Shown: positions 39,830-49,914 of the stretch, in pieces
Numbering within the stretch: the first letter of the stretch is position 1
Layout of the letters: each line of letters starts with the position of its first letter
NCBI GenBank assembly: GCA_963674945.2
Contig: CAXXWQ010000004.1
Span: 3,232,001 to 3,296,000 of the forward strand
Direction of reading: 5' to 3'
DNA length: 64,000 nucleotides
From: an uncultured Desulfosarcina sp.
Lineage (GTDB): Bacteria > Desulfobacterota > Desulfobacteria > Desulfobacterales > Desulfosarcinaceae
Notes under the pieces: model-generated
The model's database searches: none
Seen by the model: the letters and a program-made list of their open reading frames with translations, nothing else
What the model was told of the DNA's origin: nothing
Position numbers and translations under genes: made by a program

Positions 39830-41220
39830 CTATATTCCTTTCCTTGGACGTTTTTTCCCTTGGGTAGTTCAAAGGTAAATATCGATTTTCCCGTTTCACG
39901 CCGATACGCGATGGTACCGTTGTGGAGTGTCACGATCCTTTTACAGATGGCAAGGCCCAGCCCCATGCCTCCGGTTCCGCGACTGCGGGAAGGATCGGCC
40001 CGGAACAGGGGTTCGAATATCCTGTCGCACAAGTGGTCTGCAATACCTTGGCCGGTATCTTCGACGGTAAATTGAACGACCGTATCTTTTTCTTCCATGG
40101 TAAGTGTGATCGTGCCAGCCGGTGAGCAGTACTGCAACGCGTTGTCCAACAGGTTGTTCAGTACCCGTTCCATCTGTTCTCGATCCACCATGACCGTGCC
40201 GTGGCATGGCAAGATCTTTTTGTGGAAGGAAAACCCCTTGGCGGCGACGATGTGGACATATCGCGCATAGGCTTTTTCCATGATCGTCGACGGATCGATC
40301 GGTTGTCGCTGCAAGGAAAAATTGGGTAGATTGATTCTTGAATAGACGGACAGCGACCAGATCATCTCGTCCATGAATCGAATCTCTTCGGATATGAGGT
40401 TGAGGTGTTGTAAGCTATTTTCATTTTGGCATTTATCCCTGAGCAACTCCGTCGAAACCTCCATGCGGGCCAGAGGTGACCGCATCTCGTGGGAGATGTC
40501 GGCCAGCAATTGCTTTTTCGATGCAATCATCTCCTTGACCGATTGGCTCATCCTGTAAAAAACCTGCAACAAATCTCCAAGTTCGTCCTCCCGTTGATTC
40601 ATATTCAATTTCGGCGAAAAGTTTCCCATCGCAGTTTGATCCAACGCCCGGGCAAGCTCACTGATTGGTCGCGTAAAGTTACGGGCCAGCGGATAAATGG
40701 CGATGGTCAGCAGGATGCAGATGGTAATCAACCCCAAAAGGAGGATGAGTAGGGGCCTGAATATAGATGCTTGTCTGGCGATGTACAGGTAGTGCGGCGA
40801 TAGCCCGACAGCAAAGGGGAGCACATAAATCGTGGGTTTCCCAAAGTGTCCGGGCTGCACGAACCGTTCTCGATGCCGGATCTGTTCCAGCATTACATCG
40901 GTAAGGACGGCGTTGGGTGACGCAGTTTCCGGAACAGAGATGATGGGGCGGCGGGTCGGTCCTAACAGCACAACAGCCATTTCATAGTTGCTGGCTGTCT
41001 TTTTAATGAATGACCTCACCTGATCCATGGAATGCCCATCGTTCATCATCTGTTCGATATGCAAGGCGATAAGATGGGTGTGATCGCGTAAAAGCCGGTG
41101 AATGTCACGGGCCATTGGACGGCCCACCGTAAAGAAAAACAGCAGGGCCGACAAAAGGCACGTGATGAAAATCAATCCGATGAAGGATCGAAGCAGTTTG
41201 ATATAAATGGTAGATTTCAA
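39826..41220 (-). CDS. HAMP sensor histidine kinase (CpxA-like)
   Basis: Two TM helices, HAMP, DISHEMRSPLARM, NLLDNA, DTGQG, GMGLGL. Confidence 0.93.
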   Translation of the reverse strand: MKSTIYIKLLRSFIGLIFITCLLSALLFFFTVGRPMARDIHRLLRDHTHLIALHIEQMMNDGHSMDQVRSFIKKTASNYEMAVVLLGPTRRPIISVPETASPNAVLTDVMLEQIRHRERFVQPGHFGKPTIYVLPFAVGLSPHYLYIARQASIFRPLLILLLGLITICILLTIAIYPLARNFTRPISELARALDQTAMGNFSPKLNMNQREDELGDLLQVFYRMSQSVKEMIASKKQLLADISHEMRSPLARMEVSTELLRDKCQNENSLQHLNLISEEIRFMDEMIWSLSVYSRINLPNFSLQRQPIDPSTIMEKAYARYVHIVAAKGFSFHKKILPCHGTVMVDREQMERVLNNLLDNALQYCSPAGTITLTMEEKDTVVQFTVEDTGQGIADHLCDRIFEPLFRADPSRSRGTGGMGLGLAICKRIVTLHNGTIAYRRETGKSIFTFELPKGKNVQGKEYR

Positions 41221-41232
41221 AGCAGTATATTG

Positions 41233-41604
41233 CTACTTGTTCATTGGAAACAATTCAGCCCTGGCGTATGCGGTAATGTCATTGGCGAAATGGATGTACA
41301 GGTCACTATCGCCGTTTACCGGGATCCAATAGGTATCCCGGATCGAATCTGTTATTTTATTGTAGGCGACATTTCGCTTGCCTGCCTTTTCCTTCAAGGC
41401 CAAGGCCGCCTTGCAATCGGCACATGTGCGATCTCGCCCCAACAAAGAGTAGCAAGTAATTCCCGGTGTAAGTCCCAATTCCCGCGCCACTTTGTTCAGT
41501 GCCACAATCACCTGTTTCTTGGTGATGAGCATCACCGGTGAAGGGTAATTCTCCCACATCGTGTCAAATGCTTCAATCGCCGTTTTGATATGTTTTTCGT
41601 CCAT
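41233..41604 (-). CDS. Small Cys-containing PAS-like protein
   Basis: WENYPSPVMLI...ALNK...CYSL...CADC; GGAGG RBS. Confidence 0.65.
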   Translation of the reverse strand: MDEKHIKTAIEAFDTMWENYPSPVMLITKKQVIVALNKVARELGLTPGITCYSLLGRDRTCADCKAALALKEKAGKRNVAYNKITDSIRDTYWIPVNGDSDLYIHFANDITAYARAELFPMNK

Positions 41605-41690
41605 TGTTTTCCTCCTTCCTGTTCGATGCGTTTTATTGCCCAACGACGATTAGCATACAGGCAAGTTGTAACTTTCCCATTTCCCCTTTC

Positions 41691-41715
41691 GTAAAAGTTT
41701 GTAAAAAATTGTAAA
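41691..41715. promoter_or_regulatory. Triple GTAAA-N5 direct repeat (CpxR-type box)
   Basis: GTAAA agttt GTAAA aaatt GTAAA, upstream of the PAS-HK-DUF1499 operon. Confidence 0.6.
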
Positions 41716-41931
41716 GGATGGCCCCGAAAATTTCCTGGAAGTTGTCTTGGAACATCGGCTTGACAAAAACGAAACTCGTTTTCACATACCATGTTCCGTT
41801 TGTATTATTTGCACTGAAACGATTTACACTGGATTAAATATGAAGATACCACAGGTTTTAAAGACCTTCATTTCGCTGGAATTACCTGTGCTCTATCTTC
41901 TAAAACCGACTTCGGAAATTTTGTTCAGCTT

Positions 41932-43337
41932 CACTCTTGTCCAAGAACCGATTTGAACAGAAGTAATTCGATAAGCACTTGAAAAAAAGCCTCCTTGTAA
42001 GGCATGGTTTAATCGCCAAAAGAAACCGTTAGCCAAACAAAGGAGGCAGACAGATGGTACGCCATGCAAGCTTGTTCAGTCAACTGGTTGCTTTGTTTCA
42101 TCGAGGTCAATTTTTCAATCTGGTTTTTCGTCATCAAGCTGAACGTTACGCAAAAGGCTTCAGCAGTTGGGACCATTTTGTAGCCATGCTTTTTTGTCAA
42201 CTGGCTCAAGCCAAGAGTCTGCGTGAAATTTGTGGCGGATTATCCTGTTGCCTTGGCAAACTCCGTCACCTTGGGGTGAAAAAGGCGCCGAACAAATCCA
42301 CGTTGTCCTATGCCAATGCCCATCGGCCCTGGCAAATGTATCGCGACCTTTTTTACCAGACACTTGATGTGTGCAAGATGACAGGTCCAGGCAAACATCG
42401 GTTCCGATTTAAAAATAAGTTGCTGTCGCTGGACAGTTCAACCATTTCGCTGTGTTTGTCGCTTTTTCCGTGGGCAAAATTCCGCCAGACCAAGGGGGCC
42501 GTTAAACTTCACTTGCTATTGGATCATGACGGGTATCTGCCGACCTATGCTTATATCTCCAACGGCAAAAAGCATGATGTCACCATTGCCCGTAAGATTC
42601 CTCTGTCACCCCAATCGATCGTCGCCATGGATCGGGGGTATAATGATTATCGGCTATTTGCTTACTGGACGGAAAATCAGATCTATTTTGTCACCCGTTT
42701 AAAGGACAATGCCGATTACACGGTGATTGAACAACGACAGGTCCCTTTCAATAGAAACATCCTGTCCGACGAATTGATCCAGTTCAACGGTCACTACGCT
42801 CGTAAGAATTGTCCCCACACGCTACGAAAGGTAACCGTTTGGGATAAAGAACAGGATCGTGAAATCGTATTGCTGACCAATCATCTGGAATTTGGGGCCA
42901 CCACAATATCCGCCATTTACAAAGATCGATGGCAAATAGAATTGTTCTTCAAGGCACTCAAACAGAATCTGAAGGTGAAAACCTTTGTTGGAACCAGCGA
43001 GAATGCGCTGTATATCCAGATTTGGACAGCATTAATTGCCATGCTGCTAATCAAGTACCTGAAGTTTAAGTCCCGATTCAATTGGTCGTTGTCAAATCTG
43101 GTTGCTTTTCTCAGATGGAATCTTTTTACTTACAGGGATTTATGGGAATGGATCGACAAGCCATTTGATGTCCTTCCCGGAACGACTCAGTCTGTCCAAT
43201 ATCCTCTTCCGTTTAAGGGAATTGGACAGCACCAACTGAAAGAGGCAACCTGATTCTGAAGTTAGGCGGATTTCTCGCCTAACACGTTGAAATATCAAAG
43301 AGCAGTTGCGGGTTTCTGATTATTTTGGACAGCAATG
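41932..43337 (+). mobile_element. IS4-family insertion sequence
   Basis: Imperfect terminal IRs CACTCTTGTCCAAGA / TTTTGGACAGCAATG flank the transposase; no target duplication seen. Confidence 0.75.
42054..43253 (+). CDS. IS4-family DDE transposase
   Basis: LDSSTI, MDRGY, YKDRWQIELFFK (YREK motif). Confidence 0.95.
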   Translation: MVRHASLFSQLVALFHRGQFFNLVFRHQAERYAKGFSSWDHFVAMLFCQLAQAKSLREICGGLSCCLGKLRHLGVKKAPNKSTLSYANAHRPWQMYRDLFYQTLDVCKMTGPGKHRFRFKNKLLSLDSSTISLCLSLFPWAKFRQTKGAVKLHLLLDHDGYLPTYAYISNGKKHDVTIARKIPLSPQSIVAMDRGYNDYRLFAYWTENQIYFVTRLKDNADYTVIEQRQVPFNRNILSDELIQFNGHYARKNCPHTLRKVTVWDKEQDREIVLLTNHLEFGATTISAIYKDRWQIELFFKALKQNLKVKTFVGTSENALYIQIWTALIAMLLIKYLKFKSRFNWSLSNLVAFLRWNLFTYRDLWEWIDKPFDVLPGTTQSVQYPLPFKGIGQHQLKEAT

Positions 43338-43424
43338 ATATATCTATTGAAATTATGGTTTGAGAAACTCAAGTTCAATAATTATTAGCTGGGCGTAACC
43401 TGTGAACGGATACGAGGTGATGCA

Positions 43425-44945
43425 ATGGACGTCAAGGATTGGTTTAAACGGCTACCACCTGCCTACTGGCTTCCGTTTTCAGCCATTATTGTTGCCGCTG
43501 CATATTATCTATGTGCAATATTCGGATTGAGGTTAAGTTTTAAACCTGATTACATCGCTGCGCTCTGGCCTCCCAACGCGATCTTGCTTGCCGCCCTCCT
43601 TTTGGCGAAACCCAAAGACTGGCTATGGTTCTTAATCGCAGTTATCCCTGCTGAGCTCGCCGCCGATCTGCCTTCCGGCATCCCCCTGACTATGGCCTTG
43701 GGATTTGTTGGCGCTGACTGGATAGAGGTTCTAACAGCAGCCCTATTGCTTCGAAAACTCTCAAAAACCCCACCCGAATTTGACAATCTTAGAATAACAA
43801 TGATTTATATTATCTGTTGTGTATTGGTCGCTCCTTTTATCGCTGCATTCCCAGGTGCTTTAGTTACTGGAATGGGGCAAGCCGGGCCTGCATTCATTAC
43901 GAGATGGTCTCGATGGTTCATCAGCGACGCATTGACCCATCTGTTGATTACACCCTTCATCATATTATGGATATGGGATTTTTCAAAAATCAGTTCACGG
44001 CAACCTCCATACTTCCTCAAACTGATTTGTCTAACGACGATATTGGTGATTTTGAGCATCGTCACCCTCAGCGGATTCTTGATGGATCTACAAAAATATC
44101 CTGCAATGATATATATTCCCCTACCCGTTCTTCTATGGATATCTGTTCGCTATGGTCCTCACGGCATTTTTTCTTCATCTGTTGTATACACGATTATTTG
44201 TGTTTGGATGCGGTCTCAAGGATACGGTCATTTCATCGAGCACTCCGTTGCTCAAGATATAATCAACTTACAAATCTATCTCGCCTTGACATTGACACCC
44301 ATGTTGCTTCTGTCGGCTTTGATAGAGGACCGCAGACGTGCTGAGAAGCTTTTACAGACCAGTGAAAATCAGTATCGTGCTCTTTTTATCAATAATATTT
44401 CCGCTATGTTAATTATTGACCCGGAGACTGCTGAAATTGTCGATGCAAACCCGTCTGCATGCTCATTCTATGGTTATCCAAAAAATATTTTAACCAGCAT
44501 GAAAATTACGGATATAAACGTTATGTCTGAGGATGAAATATTCAAGGAGATGAAACGGTCTAAAAGCGAAGGGAAAAACCATTTCAATTTCCGTCATCAG
44601 CTATCCGACAAGACAATTCGCGATGTTGACGTATATAGTGGGCCCATTACATTTGGCGGAAAAACACTGCTATGTTCTATTGTTCATGATATATTTGAGC
44701 GAAAGAAAATAGAAACGGAACGAGAAAAATTGATTCGCGATCTTCAAAGTGCTTTGTCAGAGGTGAAGACGTTGCGAGGTTTCCTCCCAATTTGTGCTTC
44801 ATGTAAGAAAATTCGTGATGATAAAGGGTACTGGAATCAAATCGAAGAATATATTTCCGCTCATTCCGATGCCCAGTTTAGTCATGGGATATGCCCTGAT
44901 TGTGCCAGAAAATTATATCCAGATATTGATATAGAAAAAAGGTAG
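43425..44945 (+). CDS. MASE1-PAS membrane sensor with Cys-rich C-terminal domain
   Basis: LWPPNA MASE1-type TM helices, PAS (DANPSACSFYGY), LPICASCKKIRD...SHGICPDC. Confidence 0.85.
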   Translation: MDVKDWFKRLPPAYWLPFSAIIVAAAYYLCAIFGLRLSFKPDYIAALWPPNAILLAALLLAKPKDWLWFLIAVIPAELAADLPSGIPLTMALGFVGADWIEVLTAALLLRKLSKTPPEFDNLRITMIYIICCVLVAPFIAAFPGALVTGMGQAGPAFITRWSRWFISDALTHLLITPFIILWIWDFSKISSRQPPYFLKLICLTTILVILSIVTLSGFLMDLQKYPAMIYIPLPVLLWISVRYGPHGIFSSSVVYTIICVWMRSQGYGHFIEHSVAQDIINLQIYLALTLTPMLLLSALIEDRRRAEKLLQTSENQYRALFINNISAMLIIDPETAEIVDANPSACSFYGYPKNILTSMKITDINVMSEDEIFKEMKRSKSEGKNHFNFRHQLSDKTIRDVDVYSGPITFGGKTLLCSIVHDIFERKKIETEREKLIRDLQSALSEVKTLRGFLPICASCKKIRDDKGYWNQIEEYISAHSDAQFSHGICPDCARKLYPDIDIEKR

Positions 44946-45239
44946 ATTGGATGATTGATTATATTTGAAGACGTCCAACCACAACATCTGGTAGCTGGCC
45001 TTTTCTATAGAAAGTTTGGATTAGGTTGAGTATCCCAAGCCCCATCAGTTCCTACTCCGGTAAACATAACAATACTTATTCACCAATCCGTATTCAGTTG
45101 TGATATCCACCGATCAAAATGATGGAGCATTGGCGATTTTCAGAAACCGTAAAAAATCTACCTGCCGTAAGCAGTGTGTCTCATTACTGTTCCTTGCAGA
45201 GGCCTTCTGCTTTCAATACATTGATACATCACAGGCAAA

Positions 45240-45497
45240 TTATCCGAATAGTTTTTCTTTCCGTGAATTCAGTAATTGCAGGTATTTGGTTTTCATCGAA
45301 TCCGACAAAAAACTGACCGCCACCAGATTTTCCCAGGCAGGTACCGCCTTCAATGCGTCATTTACTGCAGCTGATATAATTTTGTTGGATAACCCCAAGC
45401 GGTGCCGACCGAAATAATCGATCAGGATATCGGCATCCAGTTTGCGTTTTTTTCCTTTTATCGGCAGCGCAATCTCCTCCTGTGGGTTGGTAAGCAC
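45240..45497 (-). pseudogene. HipA-family kinase, C-terminal fragment
   Basis: EEIALPIKGKKRKL...SFLSDSMKTKY resembles the HipA C-terminus; no kinase core upstream. Confidence 0.55.
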
Positions 45498-45704
45498 TAT
45501 TTTGTCAGTGCAATTTTGGATTTCGTCTATTGAGACAGCTATTCATTGCAGTTATTGCCGCTGAGACGGTAGGTGGTGGGGCTGAAAAACCTGGAATACG
45601 TTCTAACGCATTAAAATGCCTGGAATCGTGTAACAGCATACCGATCGTATCGACGGCAGAATGTTTTGGAAGGATTCCGAGCAGATAGGTTACACAGGCT
45701 GGCG

Positions 45705-47318
45705 TTATTTCGTCTTTTGGGTATACTTGATGGACAGCACCAGCTGGTTTCGCAGCATGCTCACGTAGCGATGCTCGGTCTCGCTAATGGGCCGGCCCGT
45801 CGTCTCCCGATCGCCGTACAGGGCGCCGATGTTCATATTCTGGTAGAAGACGGGCAAGAAGACGAAGGAGGGGGCATCGATCTGTTCACGATACCAGGAG
45901 GGAATGAGGTGGACCATCTTTTCGTCGTGGGAGTCTTCGACGACCAGGTCTTTTCCCACCTGAAGGGAGAAATTGAACAGGTCCTTTGATGGTTTGATCT
46001 CAAAACCGAGGTGATTCATCAGTCGCTGGCTTTGCTCACCATACCCGAAGCGGGCCTGCATCTGCATTTTCCCGTGATCCCGGATGAACATCAATACCCG
46101 GTTGAAATCCAGGGCCCGATAGAAGATTTCCAGGCTCATGACGGCGATGGTGTCCACGTCGGAATCGGTCATCATGAGTTGTGACAGCTCCTGGATGCCT
46201 TCCATGAGGATATCGCCGGGATTCCGGGTGCCGGGAATACGCGCACTGGTCTTGAGCTGGCTGTCGTCCGTCAACAGATAGCTGCCCGGTACCCTGTCCA
46301 GCGTCGAATCTTCGTCTTTGCCCTGGACGACCTCATCCTCGATCCGTTCCTGTTTTTCCGGGTCGTAGATGGCCACCAGCTGTTCCAGAAAGTTGCTTTT
46401 GGAAATGTGAAGACTCAACGCCTCTGCATGATCCCGAACGTTCTCCAGCGAATCCTGGACAAGCGTTTCCAGTCGTTTCTTGGAAAGGGGGATGTGGGGT
46501 GCATAGCTTTCCAGAAGGGTTTGCAGCTGTTCTGAATCGGCCGGCTGACTGTCATTGGCGATGATGCCGTGCATGGCCCTCACGAAATCGGTGACGACCC
46601 TGAGCTTTTCCGGCACTTTCTTTTTGTTTTTCAGCGCCGTCCGGGAAAGGGGTGTCATGGCTTCGCAGATCTGTGACGGGAAGTTCCACTGCCTGGCCAC
46701 GGCCAGGCCCAACTCCTCGTAGGTGACACCGCAAACCGCCTTGACCGCCCGGGTCTCACTGATCCCATCATCGATGATCCGGTTGGAAATCTTCCGATAG
46801 TCCCCCGGCAGATAGTGGATCATGACCATCTTTCCCAGGTAGCTCATCATGGCGCATACGAAGGTTTCTTCCGGGTCTACCCCGTCCACGATACCTGCCA
46901 GCTGGCGAGCCATCATTCCGGACCAGAAGGCGCCGACAACCGTTTCCTGCAGATCCCCGGCGTAGGCGCGTCCCTTGAAATGTTCGAACAGGACCAGGCT
47001 CAACACGGCCAGGCGAACGTTTTCGTAACCGAGTAACACCACCGCCCGTGTGACCGTGCTCACCTTGCCGCCGGCCAGTCCGAAATAGGCGGAGTTGACC
47101 ATCTTGAGCAGCTTACTGGTCAGGCCATGGTCGTTGATGATGATGTTGGACAGCTCGGTTGCATTGGTGGTCTCCGGGTTCGCCTCCAGTTTCTGGTTGA
47201 GTTCGACGACATACTTGGAGATGGAGGGAAACGCATCGTCCAGGTTGATGCGGCTCAACAAACGTTCCAGGGCGGTTTTACCTTGGTTGGGCTGATCTTG
47301 GGGCGTGGTTCTGTTCAT
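45705..47318 (-). CDS. HDOD-domain signalling protein with C-terminal GAF-like domain
   Basis: DHGLTSKLLKMVNSAYF, TVTRAVVLLG, ARQWNFP. Confidence 0.88.
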   Translation of the reverse strand: MNRTTPQDQPNQGKTALERLLSRINLDDAFPSISKYVVELNQKLEANPETTNATELSNIIINDHGLTSKLLKMVNSAYFGLAGGKVSTVTRAVVLLGYENVRLAVLSLVLFEHFKGRAYAGDLQETVVGAFWSGMMARQLAGIVDGVDPEETFVCAMMSYLGKMVMIHYLPGDYRKISNRIIDDGISETRAVKAVCGVTYEELGLAVARQWNFPSQICEAMTPLSRTALKNKKKVPEKLRVVTDFVRAMHGIIANDSQPADSEQLQTLLESYAPHIPLSKKRLETLVQDSLENVRDHAEALSLHISKSNFLEQLVAIYDPEKQERIEDEVVQGKDEDSTLDRVPGSYLLTDDSQLKTSARIPGTRNPGDILMEGIQELSQLMMTDSDVDTIAVMSLEIFYRALDFNRVLMFIRDHGKMQMQARFGYGEQSQRLMNHLGFEIKPSKDLFNFSLQVGKDLVVEDSHDEKMVHLIPSWYREQIDAPSFVFLPVFYQNMNIGALYGDRETTGRPISETEHRYVSMLRNQLVLSIKYTQKTK

Positions 47319-47420
47319 TTGGGGTTCCGGCTTGGCGTCCAAAGGGCTTTGCCCATATCATAATACTCTTGTTCTGGTATCGACAATTGCCGGAAAAAGT
47401 TGATGGATTTTTATTAATGG

Positions 47421-49628
47421 CTATCCCCCGCATCCTAACGTCGGATCCGCCGAAGCCGAACCCCGGCGAATGCGTTTTTTCTTCTTGATCTGGCACAGAA
47501 GTGTCTTATAGACGGGAAAACCGGAAATTTCGTCGTACTGACGGTCATCGGTGAGAAAGTTCACGTTGGCCTCCTGCCAGGCCTTCGTCCCCAAGGGGCC
47601 GCCGCCGCCCACCGGGGCATAGACGAATCCTGCCATGATCGTATCGGTCACGAACGCGTGCATGGTCACCTTTCCCCGCGGCGTTTTGATCACCACCACG
47701 TCGTCCGTTTCGATGCCCCGCGCCTTGGCGTCGGCCGGATTCATCTGGACTGCCGGATGGGGGTATTTTTCCATGAATCCGGGAACTGCGCGAAGGCAGG
47801 ATTTCATGTCCGGCTTGAAGGGGCCGGTTCCCAAAATCAGCGGGAAACGGCGAAAAAGATCCGGATCACTGACCGGCGTCTCGTCGGATTCCTTGTAGAC
47901 GGGCAACCCATCGTATCCGTACTTTTCCAGGATCGTGGATTTGATCTCGAATTTTCCGGTAGGCGTGTCGAACCCCGGCTTTCCGTCGCCTCGCAGCAGC
48001 CCCAGTTCCCACTTGCGATGATTCACGGGGGCGCGCTGCGGGGCGTAGACCATTCGGGGTGACTTTTTCAGGTCGTCCACGGTAAGGTTCCACCGGGCCA
48101 GGGTCAGGGCCAGCATGGCATCGGGGTCCTTGGGGTAATGATGACCGTACCCCAATCGATCCGCCAGTTCCACAAGAATCTGATATCCGGGTTTGGCCTC
48201 GCCCACCGGTGGGATCATCTGTTCCCGATAGCGGATGGCGTTGCCATAGTAGCAATAGGAGGCCTGCTCGAAGGCCGTGGTGGCCGGCAGGACCAGATCC
48301 GCGTAGGCCGCATCCCGGGTGAGCTGCAGGTCCATTGTCACCAGAAAATCGAGTTTTTCCAATGCCCTTTGCCACAGTGCCGGGTTGGGCCAGGCGGTGA
48401 GCAGCGATGCCCCCAGTATGAGCAGCGCCCGTATGGGGTAAGGCTCGCCGTCCATGATGGCCCGTGGGAGCAGCATGGCGTGGGGTTCGCCACCGCAGTA
48501 GTGGGCGTAGACGGGAAACTCGTCCCTGCCGATGGATTTTTCCCACCCCGGCGTGGTCAGCTGATGGTCCGTGGGCAGCGGTAAACTGGTTTTCTGCCCA
48601 AGAAAATTGCGGCCTCCCTCCACATCCAGTTGTCCTGCCAGGGCCCACAGCACCATGACGGCCCGGATATTCTGGACACCGCTTTTGGTGTACTCCAAAC
48701 CCGTGTACATGACGTAACTGGCGCCGTCGGCATCGACGATGCGTTCGGCCAGCTCTTCGATGGTATCCGGATCGATCCCGGTGATTGTAGACACCCGGTC
48801 CGGTGGGAAATTCTGAACATAGGCGGCAAATTCGTCGAAGCCTACCGTCCATTCGTCGACGAAGTGTTTGTCGTATTCGCCGTCTCGGATCAGGACGTGG
48901 CACAGCCCCAGGGCCAGGGCGCCATCGGAGCCGGGACGGATGGGAATCCACTGGCTGCCGGGAAGTTCCGCGCAGCGTGTCCTGCGCGGATCGATCACGA
49001 TAATTTCGGCCCCTTCCGCAGCTGCGGTCTTGAGTTGCTCGAACATGATGGGCGGGGTGGACGTGGAGGGATCGGTACCCCATACCAGGATCAGGTCGCT
49101 ATTGTCCACATCGCTGTACATGTCGATATGCAGGCACCCCATCGTCAGCTTGGGTGCCAACACCCCCAGGGAGGTGTAGCAGGGGGCGCCGACACCGAAG
49201 GTGTTGGGTGAGCCATAGGGAAAGAGGATGGTGGTGGCCAGATAGATCTCCGCCTCCCTGAGTTTGAATGCGTCCTTGAAGGCACGTTCATAGGAACCTG
49301 TTCCCGCATAAAAGGCCGCGGCCTCGGGGCCGTGTTCCTGTTTTACCGTTGTTAGTCGCCGGACGATGGTGTCGTAGGCTTCGTCCCAGGTGATCGGCTC
49401 AAAATCATATGTTCCTTTGGGGCCTTTTCGCTTCAGGGGCCGGGTGAGCCGTTTTTCCGAATAGATGACCTGTTCCACATGGTCGGCGATGGGGCAAAGC
49501 ACCTTTCCCAAGGGGGCTTTCGGGTCGGGTTCCAGTCGTACGATGCGGCCGTTTTCGTCGAAATGAACGATGGCGCCGCATCCGGGGCTGTGAAAGCAAA
49601 GACCGCAGATACCGTTTTTTGTCTTCAA
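47421..49628 (-). CDS. Molybdopterin oxidoreductase, acetylene hydratase / metallopterin ergothioneine synthase-like, with C-terminal Cys tail
   Basis: CGLCFHSPGC cluster motif; LFPYGSPNTFGVGAPCY; MYTGLEY..SGVQ.IRAV; ends DPTLGCGG. Confidence 0.85.
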   Translation of the reverse strand: MKTKNGICGLCFHSPGCGAIVHFDENGRIVRLEPDPKAPLGKVLCPIADHVEQVIYSEKRLTRPLKRKGPKGTYDFEPITWDEAYDTIVRRLTTVKQEHGPEAAAFYAGTGSYERAFKDAFKLREAEIYLATTILFPYGSPNTFGVGAPCYTSLGVLAPKLTMGCLHIDMYSDVDNSDLILVWGTDPSTSTPPIMFEQLKTAAAEGAEIIVIDPRRTRCAELPGSQWIPIRPGSDGALALGLCHVLIRDGEYDKHFVDEWTVGFDEFAAYVQNFPPDRVSTITGIDPDTIEELAERIVDADGASYVMYTGLEYTKSGVQNIRAVMVLWALAGQLDVEGGRNFLGQKTSLPLPTDHQLTTPGWEKSIGRDEFPVYAHYCGGEPHAMLLPRAIMDGEPYPIRALLILGASLLTAWPNPALWQRALEKLDFLVTMDLQLTRDAAYADLVLPATTAFEQASYCYYGNAIRYREQMIPPVGEAKPGYQILVELADRLGYGHHYPKDPDAMLALTLARWNLTVDDLKKSPRMVYAPQRAPVNHRKWELGLLRGDGKPGFDTPTGKFEIKSTILEKYGYDGLPVYKESDETPVSDPDLFRRFPLILGTGPFKPDMKSCLRAVPGFMEKYPHPAVQMNPADAKARGIETDDVVVIKTPRGKVTMHAFVTDTIMAGFVYAPVGGGGPLGTKAWQEANVNFLTDDRQYDEISGFPVYKTLLCQIKKKKRIRRGSASADPTLGCGG

Positions 49629-49714
49629 AATCGAACCTCTTTTTATTGAAATGTGGAAACCCTGGTCCCCTGGACCTGATCAGAGTTCACTAACTCAGCC
49701 GTATGCTCGTTACA

Positions 49715-49845
49715 AGAATTCAGGAGTCAGCATGCAGAATCCAGAATCAGGTATTCGCCTTCGGCTCGATCCAATATGATTTAACCGACGGAGCGAAGCG
49801 ACACCAGATTTATTCTGGCTCCTGAATACTGGCTTCTGACTCCTG
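49715..49845. repeat. Palindromic element with heptamer arms, copy 2
   Basis: Same arms and core motifs (ATTCGCC..CGGCTC, GGAGC.AAGCGAC) as 24426-24549. Confidence 0.8.
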
Positions 49846-49914
49846 CGGTGTTTACCGTGATCGCAGTGCATCCCCTTCCAGGCGGGGCCAAAGCCGGACC
49901 CTCTGGATCGGATT

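Noticed and set aside
44977..44992. NrdR-box-like ACCACAACATCTGGT
   Set aside because: Single imperfect copy with no nucleotide-reduction gene nearby.
47360..47423. Amber read-through after GCGG
   Set aside because: The downstream frame is short, AT-rich and has no desulfurase-like sequence.
49629..49914. Possible Moco/Wco riboswitch before the molybdoenzyme
   Set aside because: No consensus elements found; the structure is explained by the heptamer repeat.
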